Below, in pieces: positions 16,463 through 22,663 of a stretch of 22,663 nt of DNA. The notes beneath the pieces were generated by a model, which saw only the letters and a list, made by a program, of their open reading frames with translations, made no database searches and had not been told where the DNA came from. Every line of letters starts with the position of its first letter. The first letter of the stretch is position 1. The position numbers and the translations under genes were made by a program. The stretch lies in assembly GCA_016926395.1 (NCBI GenBank), contig JAFGOT010000038.1, positions 1 through 22,663 on the forward strand. The letters are read 5' to 3'. Source of the stretch: Candidatus Woesearchaeota archaeon. Lineage in GTDB: Archaea; Nanobdellota; Nanobdellia; Woesearchaeales; SKGA01.

Positions 16463-17594
16463 TATTCAAACTTCTATTTTTCCACTAGGCTTGAATTATC
16501 TTAAATCTTATGCTAAAAAGTTTCATCCAGATATTAATTTTAAAATTCAAGAGTTTGCTTTTGGTAATAAATTAAATCATGATATTAATAAGAATTTAGA
16601 GCTTCAAGTTATCAGTTATATTTTGGTTGAAAAACCTGATGCTGTTTGTTTTAGTACTTATATTTGGAGCGCAGAGTTAGTTAGAACTATTTGTTTGTCC
16701 TTAAAGAAAATATCTTCTATAAAAATAATTCTTGGAGGTCCTGAAATTGATAATTCCTACTTTGATTTCGCAGATTACTTAGTTATTGGTGATGGTGAAG
16801 AAAAGTTTGTAGACGTTCTTGACAACCTAACAAATTCTAAAACAAACCATTCTTTGGTAAATTTAGATGATATTCCTTTTCCATATAGATTTCACGAAGG
16901 ACCAAAAGACTATGCTGCAATTCGTATAGAAACCGCTCGTGGTTGTCCTTTTACTTGTGCTTACTGTAATTATGCATCTCGTGCTTATAAAGAATTTTCA
17001 TTATTATATCTTGAAGAGAATATTAAATACCTTTTTGAGAATTATACTTTTAGAAACTTAACAATTTTGGATGCTAATTTCAATCTTAAGAAGAATAGGA
17101 TGAAAGACGTGCTAGGTATTATATCTAGATATTCAAAAGATCACAAAATTAATTTTGAACTAAAACCTGAGTTGATAGATGAGGATGTTATTAAAATAAT
17201 TAAAGACTCAAAATTAAACATTTTCTGTGAGCTTGGTCTGCAATCAATATCTGAGAGTGTGTTGCATGACACAACTCGATCATATGATTTGGAGAAAGTA
17301 AAAAATGGTCTTGATTTACTAAATAAAAATAATATTCCTTACAAAATAGATTTAATGTATGGTCTTCCCAAAGATAACTTTTTTAGATTCTTAAGAACTA
17401 TTAATTTCATAAAAAAATATTCTAGACAAAAAGGAGTTCCAGCTCATCATTACATGTTGCTTAATAATACTTCTAATTCTAATTGTGTTCGTATGTTTGA
17501 AAATAATAGCAGCATGGTTATCAAAACAGACACGCAAGATGTTTTAGATTTGTATAAACAAAAATTGTTTATTGATTTAATTAATAAAAAATAA
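16437..17594 (+). CDS. Cobalamin-binding radical SAM protein (class B methyltransferase-like)
   Basis: N-terminal B12-binding motifs PLGLNYL, FSTYIW, LGGPE, GDGE; RGCPFTCAYC cluster motif; DANF, ELGLQS, DLMYGLP. Confidence 0.9.
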   Translation: MKILMIGFNIQTSIFPLGLNYLKSYAKKFHPDINFKIQEFAFGNKLNHDINKNLELQVISYILVEKPDAVCFSTYIWSAELVRTICLSLKKISSIKIILGGPEIDNSYFDFADYLVIGDGEEKFVDVLDNLTNSKTNHSLVNLDDIPFPYRFHEGPKDYAAIRIETARGCPFTCAYCNYASRAYKEFSLLYLEENIKYLFENYTFRNLTILDANFNLKKNRMKDVLGIISRYSKDHKINFELKPELIDEDVIKIIKDSKLNIFCELGLQSISESVLHDTTRSYDLEKVKNGLDLLNKNNIPYKIDLMYGLPKDNFFRFLRTINFIKKYSRQKGVPAHHYMLLNNTSNSNCVRMFENNSSMVIKTDTQDVLDLYKQKLFIDLINKK

Positions 17595-17597
17595 TTT

Positions 17598-18986
17598 TTA
17601 TTTCTTCTTTGTTATTTTTTTTACTGTGTTTTCGATAAATGCCATGCTACTAGTTGCGCTACTTACTGCAAATCCTAATGGTCTATGAACTAAAATTTCG
17701 TAAAATAATCTTCTATCTTCTACTTTTTCATGGTTTTGTATTTCTTTGACTTTCGGCGTTGCTGTTATTGCAATTATTAGTCTTAGTATTCCTGATGTTG
17801 TTATTACTATTATTAATGCTGTGAGTATGTTGGTTTGCTTTGTTAGTATCATAACTGAAAAACTTCCTATTAAACCACCTAATAATATTAAAAAATTAAA
17901 TATCACATTATAATATGCAAACAATTTTACTCTTCGCTTTGGACTTGAGGCATCTAACATATAATTAAATGTAGTTAGTTCCATCCCTGCCCACGAAAAT
18001 CCACTGGTCATTTCAATAATTAAGATTGCGATGAATAAAGTGTTATTTTTAAAAAGCAATGTTGCAATCAACCAATTAATAGGTATTATGCCGATTAATA
18101 TTGCCGTTACTCTTAGTATATTTTTATTTCCAAAATGATGACTAAGTCTTCCCCAATAAGTCATTGTCAGTGCTTTAATTATCATTGGTGCTAGAACAAT
18201 TACGCTAAACTGCAAATATGTAAAATTAAAAACCTTCAACATTAATACAGCAAAAAATGGGGATGCAATCATCACTGCAAATGATAGTGATGAACGAAAA
18301 ATAACAAATCTTCCAAACGCATTTTTTCTCAGTTCTAAAACAAAATCTTTAAAACCGTTGTTACTAAATATTTCGCTTTGATACGTTGGCTCTTTGTGTT
18401 TAAAAAAAAGAATGAATGATATGAATCGACCTATAAATGCCATTAAAAATAGTATTCCAAATCCGACCCAGATATTATCTTCTAAAAAATTAAGTATTAA
18501 TCCACTAATTAAAACTGATGAGAACAAAAATATTATTGTTATTCTGTTTCTTAAACTGAAATATTTGCTTCTTTCATTCATTGGTATTACATCACCTAGC
18601 CATGAACTCCATGCAGGAGCTGCGATGTTTCCAAATGAAAGATATATTGTGAAAATTATTGCTAATACCCAAAAGTTTTTTGTTATGACGGGTAGAATAA
18701 ATAATGGTATGAATGTTAATGCTTGCAATAAAACGAATGTTAAAACTATTCTTTTTCTATTTTCATACTTGTCTGTAATCTTAGCACTCAGTAGTTGAAA
18801 TAATGATCCTAAAAATGAAGGTATTGAGGAAAGTAATCCTATTTGTCCGCTACTAGCTCCCAATCTAAGTGCAAACGGAACAACATACTGTTCTCCAAAT
18901 CCAAGCATTAAGCTAGCAGCAGAACCTTCTGCTATTGATGCTTTTTTAGTTTGGTCAATTTCCTTATGGTTTAGTTCATTTTTCAA
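17598..18986 (-). CDS. MFS transporter
   Basis: About 12 hydrophobic segments, GASSGQIGLLSSIP, ITDKYENRKR and WGRLSHHFGNK loops. The TTG start is supported by CTTATAAA 25 nt upstream (19011-19018, minus strand). Confidence 0.85.
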   Translation of the reverse strand: MKNELNHKEIDQTKKASIAEGSAASLMLGFGEQYVVPFALRLGASSGQIGLLSSIPSFLGSLFQLLSAKITDKYENRKRIVLTFVLLQALTFIPLFILPVITKNFWVLAIIFTIYLSFGNIAAPAWSSWLGDVIPMNERSKYFSLRNRITIIFLFSSVLISGLILNFLEDNIWVGFGILFLMAFIGRFISFILFFKHKEPTYQSEIFSNNGFKDFVLELRKNAFGRFVIFRSSLSFAVMIASPFFAVLMLKVFNFTYLQFSVIVLAPMIIKALTMTYWGRLSHHFGNKNILRVTAILIGIIPINWLIATLLFKNNTLFIAILIIEMTSGFSWAGMELTTFNYMLDASSPKRRVKLFAYYNVIFNFLILLGGLIGSFSVMILTKQTNILTALIIVITTSGILRLIIAITATPKVKEIQNHEKVEDRRLFYEILVHRPLGFAVSSATSSMAFIENTVKKITKKK

Positions 18987-19089
18987 GAAGCAATCGGTGA
19001 AAATATTTTGTTTATAAGCTTATTCTTTTCGTGTTATTTTCGATTTTTGCATCTAAATTTATTTTAAATGATTTTGTTAATTTAATTTT

Positions 19090-19191
19090 ATGTTCTTTCA
19101 ACTAATTTTAGCTGTGGTTCTGGGTATTCTCTCAGGGGTTTTTACAGGCTTCTTGAACTCAATGTGCGAGTTTTTTCTTGTGTTTGTGTAA
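19090..19191 (+). pseudogene. 5' fragment of a TctA-like (archaeal tripartite tricarboxylate transporter permease-type) membrane-protein gene, truncated
   Basis: Not in the ORF track. MFFQLILAVVLGILSGVFTG resembles the N-terminus of archaeal TctA-family proteins, which continue L-x-PG-x-H-x-N; here it runs into unrelated sequence and stops at codon 34. TTTTAAAT at 19062-19069 sits at promoter distance. Confidence 0.55.
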
Positions 19192-19421
19192 ACCGCTAAT
19201 CGATTGATATTATGCGGTTTTTAGGCGTTTTTCTGTATTTTGGGGTTGGAGGCTAATAAGATGCGAGAAAACCCGACACACGCCTTTTTTCAAAGGCTAA
19301 AAGGTATATTTTTTTGTAGTGAGCATTATTCACTGCCAGTTTTTTCTTTTTTTGTATTGCAAAGTCCGACGTTTTGTTTTTGTTTATCGGAGCCTATTGT
19401 TTTAGTATGGGGGCAAAGAAA

Positions 19422-19892
19422 ATGAGTTACGATCGTCTTGGGCAAACTAAAGTTAGATCTAACGGTCGTAAGATTTCTATTTTTGATAAAGTCAATGATA
19501 TCAAGGCAGATCTTAAGGAAATTATTCCTGAAGTTAAGGATGAACAGCTCATTCAATTATTTAGTAAAGTTAGAAGTTATTACCTTAACAAGAAAAAAGG
19601 TGTGCCTTTAGGTAGAAGAAGCAACATTAAGGGAGTAAGGCCATTAACTGAGATTGAAGAATTATTATTCAATTATTTAATGAGAAATAACCTTAATCCC
19701 GGAACAACTTATCGATGGTTCATTGCAACAAGACTTCCGCCCGATATTAAAGATCGTTTAGCAAGGGGCTTGATTAATCAGAAAGTTGCAATGCATATTA
19801 GTGCTAATAGGCGAAGAACAAAGAATAGTGTTGAAGGACTAATTATGATGGAGGAAATTAGAACCATCATTCAAAAACTTGATTGGAAGTGA
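19422..19892 (+). CDS. Putative DNA-binding protein with ParB/KorB-like HTH-adjacent motif
   Basis: PGTTYRWFIATRLPPDIKDRLARGLINQKVA resembles the ParB/Spo0J L-P-x-x-I-x-x-x-L-x-x-G-x-I-x-x-x-x-A segment; no recognisable ParB N-terminal CTPase motif. GGGGG SD-like sequence before ATG 19422 (alternative start 19407). Confidence 0.5.
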   Translation: MSYDRLGQTKVRSNGRKISIFDKVNDIKADLKEIIPEVKDEQLIQLFSKVRSYYLNKKKGVPLGRRSNIKGVRPLTEIEELLFNYLMRNNLNPGTTYRWFIATRLPPDIKDRLARGLINQKVAMHISANRRRTKNSVEGLIMMEEIRTIIQKLDWK

Positions 19893-19897
19893 ATAAA

Positions 19898-20986
19898 ATG
19901 GAACCAGAATTTAACTCATCAACAAACGCCCTTATTGAAGAGATTAATATTTTACTTTCAAAAAAGCGTTTGTTTCAAAAGGAAATTTATGAGAACTTGA
20001 TAGCTCAAGGAATGATGAAGCCTAACACTGAAAAAGAATTTAAGAAACTTTACGAGTGGGCTATTAGTCAGAAACTTATTGATCAAACAAAAGTTCGTAA
20101 TTGGAATAAGAAGAAAGGAAAACTTCCCCACTATTTTACTAAAGCACAACTCATCAAAATATTTGATGCTATTGATAGGCCAAAAGATGGTATTGCTTGT
20201 TTCTTAGCATTAATGTGTGGTTTGCGAGTAAGGGAAGTTTGTTGGCTTAAAATTAAGGACATTGATTTTGAGGATCAAAAGATTTTCATACGTAACAGTA
20301 AGAATCCTAACAGAAGCAGACAAGGTTATGGTAAAGATCGTATCGTTCGCTTCGATAAAGCAATTGAAGGTGCTTTAAGAAAATGGATTGACATAATAGG
20401 AGATAGTAGTGAATGGTTTTTACCTTCAGATAAAAGTCCTGACACGCATCTTAGGCCTAAGAGTTTACACGAACGATTTAGAAGTTACTTAAAACAATCA
20501 AACTTGTTAGAAGTAGATTACGTACTAAACATTCGACAAAGAGTTAATGGAGAATACAGAGATAAAAAAGTTCACAGACACAAATTCTACTTTCACTGCT
20601 TAAGACATACAATGGCTTCAATAATCTACAATAAGACAGGAGATATTTACGCAGTAAAAGAATTCTTAGGACACGAACAAGTAGACACAACAACAGTCTA
20701 CGCAAAAATGACAGAAAGCAAAATGAGGGGAGTAATAGCATCAGTATTTAGCAGTCTACACTACAACTACTCAAACGGCGAACACCACCCTCTACCACAA
20801 AGAATAGTTCCAGGAGTAAAATCACAACCAGTAGTACAAACAGAAGCAAACAGCCCAATGCAACTACTAGAAATTCAATTCGTAAACGGAGACATAGGAG
20901 AAGTAGAATTCCTAAGAAAAAAACAAATCCTAGAATCAAACAGCATAACAAGAACAATTGAATTAAAAGGAGATTTTCAAACATGA
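19898..20986 (+). CDS. Tyrosine recombinase/integrase with C-terminal SHOCT-like tail
   Basis: CGLRVRE (Arg I), FHCLRH (HxxR), LGHE and TTVYA (Tyr nucleophile); tail LLEIQFVNGDIGEVEFLRKKQIL. ATG 19898 preferred over TTG 19883. Confidence 0.92.
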   Translation: MEPEFNSSTNALIEEINILLSKKRLFQKEIYENLIAQGMMKPNTEKEFKKLYEWAISQKLIDQTKVRNWNKKKGKLPHYFTKAQLIKIFDAIDRPKDGIACFLALMCGLRVREVCWLKIKDIDFEDQKIFIRNSKNPNRSRQGYGKDRIVRFDKAIEGALRKWIDIIGDSSEWFLPSDKSPDTHLRPKSLHERFRSYLKQSNLLEVDYVLNIRQRVNGEYRDKKVHRHKFYFHCLRHTMASIIYNKTGDIYAVKEFLGHEQVDTTTVYAKMTESKMRGVIASVFSSLHYNYSNGEHHPLPQRIVPGVKSQPVVQTEANSPMQLLEIQFVNGDIGEVEFLRKKQILESNSITRTIELKGDFQT

Positions 20987-21159
20987 AAACACACAAAATA
21001 CTAAGGGTAACAGTAACCAAAGAACAATACGATAGCATACAACAAAAAGCATCATATTATGGATTCACAACAATGAGCGCATTCATAAGAGATGCATTGT
21101 TAAAAGATATTTACTATCAAAGATTATTAAGAGAGATTCACGAGAAGATTTGCAAATAA
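20983..21159 (+). CDS. Small ribbon-helix-helix-like protein (RHH-A), 58 aa
   Basis: Not in the ORF track. MKTHKILRVTVTKEQYDSIQQKASYYGFTTMSAFIRDALLKDIYYQRLLREIHEKICK. GGAGA SD and ATGA overlap with the integrase stop; beta-strand, helix, G, MSxFIR pattern. Confidence 0.8.
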   Translation: MKTHKILRVTVTKEQYDSIQQKASYYGFTTMSAFIRDALLKDIYYQRLLREIHEKICK

Positions 21160-21338
21160 TTAACCTGACAAGTCTTTTCATGAATTTCTTTTATTAATTC
21201 TAAACCATACAAATCACCAAGACAAGAATCCCTAACAAGATCACTCATAGACCTATAACCAAGAGCATTCATCTTGCTTTGCAATAAGTCAAACTCTTCC
21301 TTAGTCAAACAAAAAGCAATAACCTTAGTTTCAGTCAT
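21138..21338 (-). CDS. Small ribbon-helix-helix-like protein (RHH-B), paralog of RHH-A
   Basis: Ungapped alignment to RHH-A gives 23/58 identities by hand count (TKE, MS..RD, EIHEK.C). Confidence 0.8.
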   Translation of the reverse strand: MTETKVIAFCLTKEEFDLLQSKMNALGYRSMSDLVRDSCLGDLYGLELIKEIHEKTCQVNYLQIFS

Positions 21339-21396
21339 GATGATATTAAGTTTAACATTTTAGAAAATAAAAAGTCGGAGAGAGTAATACATTTTT

Positions 21397-22134
21397 TTAA
21401 TTTAAGAAATCAATCGTTAGTGTAATTGGGTCTATTGCTATTTTTTCTTCTTTTTCTATGTTTGAGTCATCTCCTAAGAAGTATCCGTTTGCTCCATCCC
21501 CAACAATACAATCCATATCGTCGAAAATGTAATAATCAATTCCGTTGTAATATTCATCCCAAGTTGTATCATACAATAAATCGGCAACGTATTGATTTGT
21601 AGATTCGACATCAAGTCCACAAACTAAAGAATAAGCATGATCTTTTGTTAGAACAAGTTTAGTTTCAATACCAACGTTTTCAAGTAAGCTGTTATACAGA
21701 ATTGTTAAGTCTTCACAATCTCCACCACCAACTTCTAAAGTATCATGTGGTGATTGAATAAGTTCAACGCCTCTTGGATCACTAATATATTCATAATTCA
21801 TAACAACATAATCAAATATTTCTACAGCTCGACATTCATCATCAGAACAACCTTCACTTATCTCAGCAGCTAAGACTCGCAAATCGTGATTGTCTGTAAT
21901 TATTGCATCTAAGTATGGTTTTGTATCTGCTAAAACTTCTTCTTCATCGTATTCAACATAAACTGGTTCAGACTTTTCTTCGACAATAGTTGTAGTTTCT
22001 TCATGAGTGCTTGTTTGTTGTTGAGTGTTTATTTCTTGAGTTGGCTGAATATTGTTAATTGGTTCTTCAGAATAATTTGAACATCCTGTTAGAATTAATG
22101 AAAGAACCAAAATTGCTAAGAACATATATTTCAT
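21397..22134 (-). CDS. Transglutaminase-like (Cys protease fold) lipoprotein
   Basis: Lipobox LILTGC, low-complexity Q/T/E linker, YEYISDP…QSPHDTL…GGGDCEDLTILYNSLLENVGI…DHAY. Confidence 0.8.
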   Translation of the reverse strand: MKYMFLAILVLSLILTGCSNYSEEPINNIQPTQEINTQQQTSTHEETTTIVEEKSEPVYVEYDEEEVLADTKPYLDAIITDNHDLRVLAAEISEGCSDDECRAVEIFDYVVMNYEYISDPRGVELIQSPHDTLEVGGGDCEDLTILYNSLLENVGIETKLVLTKDHAYSLVCGLDVESTNQYVADLLYDTTWDEYYNGIDYYIFDDMDCIVGDGANGYFLGDDSNIEKEEKIAIDPITLTIDFLN

Positions 22135-22170
22135 AATAGTTTTTTGAATTTATTCATTTAAATTTTTTGT

Positions 22171-22200
22171 GTTACCGCAGGGGTTACCGTTTTTGTTACC
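22171..22200. repeat. Three GTTACC direct repeats at exact 12-bp period
   Basis: GTTACC at 22171, 22183 and 22195, in the divergent intergenic region between the transglutaminase gene and the RHH-C/RHH-D pair. Confidence 0.75.
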
Positions 22201-22260
22201 TTTTTTGTGTATTTTTTTGTAGCCTAAGCTTACTTCTCTTATGACGACCTTACAATTATT

Positions 22261-22383
22261 ATGGTTAAGACAAAAGTGCTTGTTATTAGGATATCTGAAG
22301 ATCAGGATAAATTGTTAACTCAGTTATCCCGAGAGCACTTCGTTAAGAAATCAGAGTATGTCAGGTTAAAATTATTTAGGTGA
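22261..22383 (+). CDS. Small RHH/CopG-like protein (RHH-C), 40 aa
   Basis: Not in the ORF track. MVKTKVLVIRISEDQDKLLTQLSREHFVKKSEYVRLKLFR: alternating beta-strand, helix, S-E-Y-V-R helix. Its stop overlaps the AGGTGA SD of the next gene. Confidence 0.65.
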   Translation: MVKTKVLVIRISEDQDKLLTQLSREHFVKKSEYVRLKLFR

Positions 22384-22389
22384 TATTCA

Positions 22390-22599
22390 ATGGAAGAAGA
22401 TTTCAGTATGCTTAGAAGTGAGAGAAGAAGTTTTTTCTGTCCTAATACTTTATGGGCAGAGTTAGAACGTGAAACTAAAGACGATATTAGTATTTCGACG
22501 TATATTCGTTTAGCCATTGTAGAAAAGTTGATCAGCGATCATCCTGATCGTGAAGAGTACTTCAAAGATTTGATTTCCGGAAGATTTCCGAGAAATTAA
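22390..22599 (+). CDS. Small RHH-like protein (RHH-D), 69 aa
   Basis: RRSFFCPNTLWAELERETKDDISISTYIRLAIVEKL fits the strand-helix-helix RHH pattern; AGGTGA SD 6 nt upstream. Confidence 0.6.
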   Translation: MEEDFSMLRSERRSFFCPNTLWAELERETKDDISISTYIRLAIVEKLISDHPDREEYFKDLISGRFPRN

Positions 22600-22663
22600 C
22601 AGTACTATTTATATATGAAGACAACTTTACTACTGATAAGGTATTACAAAATGACTAGCGTCC

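Larger units (their letters stand above)
19152..22663. mobile_element. Putative integrated tyrosine-recombinase element (left part; right end outside window)
   Basis: Intact integrase, ParB-like HTH gene, four RHH-like genes, lipoprotein cargo, truncated host gene at the left edge and a change in strand composition. The left boundary is inferred from where the tctA-like similarity ends. Confidence 0.7.

Noticed and set aside
19318-19345. dif/Xer-like site (AGTGAGCATTA resembles the XerC arm)
   Set aside because: Only one arm matches (8/11) and there is no XerD-like or inverted second arm at 6-bp spacing; just a 5-bp inverted repeat.
18394-19556. ORFs 18394-18798, 19240-19425 and 19326-19556
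   Set aside because: Antisense shadow of the MFS gene, or motif-less ORFs over the element's left non-coding end and the parB-like gene.
19958-21038. Leu-rich antisense ORFs 19958-20149, 20544-20741 and 20748-21038 as membrane toxins
   Set aside because: Their hydrophobicity follows automatically from the A/C-rich sense strand of the integrase; no SD or promoter evidence.
22320-22517. Minus-strand 65-aa ORF
   Set aside because: Antisense to RHH-C and RHH-D, which have SD support and a recognisable fold pattern.
22615-22663. Open frame running off the window end (ATG 22615 or 22651)
   Set aside because: Probably the start of the next gene (TATA-like TTTATATA at 22608-22615), but too short to call.
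1-22663. CRISPR array, tRNA gene, IS/transposase or DGR template/variable repeat pair
   Set aside because: I saw no regularly spaced 25-40-bp repeats, tRNA cloverleaf, transposase or reverse transcriptase motifs, or long adenine-mismatched repeat pair by eye; a tRNAscan/CRISPR scan was not run.

Overview
AT-rich archaeal chromosomal window, most likely DPANN/Woesearchaeota-like. The basis is aIF2-gamma, an MJ0724-type Ogg, a class III signal-peptide pilin, TTTATAAA boxes about 25 nt upstream of many starts, and GGTGA Shine-Dalgarno motifs; the lineage assignment is inference. Positions 1-18986 are host sequence: a solo 5S rRNA (truncated), eif2g, pilin-like protein, metallophosphoesterase, beta-propeller lipoprotein, an MFS gene split by a 1-nt A8 frameshift, a membrane-anchored wHTH regulator with a Cys-Pro-repeat peptide, a DEDDh exonuclease, a wHTH regulator, a divergent ThyX-fold gene coupled to tmk, pyk, an oxidative-stress cluster (perR-ahpC-ogg, DoxX), a GH23 lytic transglycosylase, a Cys-rich ORF coupled to a B12-binding radical SAM gene, and a second MFS. 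From about 19150 to the window end lies a probable integrated tyrosine-recombinase element. It appears to have inserted after codon 20 of a tctA-like membrane-protein gene that is missing from the ORF track. It carries a ParB-like HTH protein, an integrase with a SHOCT-like tail, four small RHH-like proteins (two absent from the ORF track, two forming a convergent overlapping paralog pair), a transglutaminase-like lipoprotein and a 12-bp-period GTTACC array. All family assignments come from motif recognition by eye; no searches were run.
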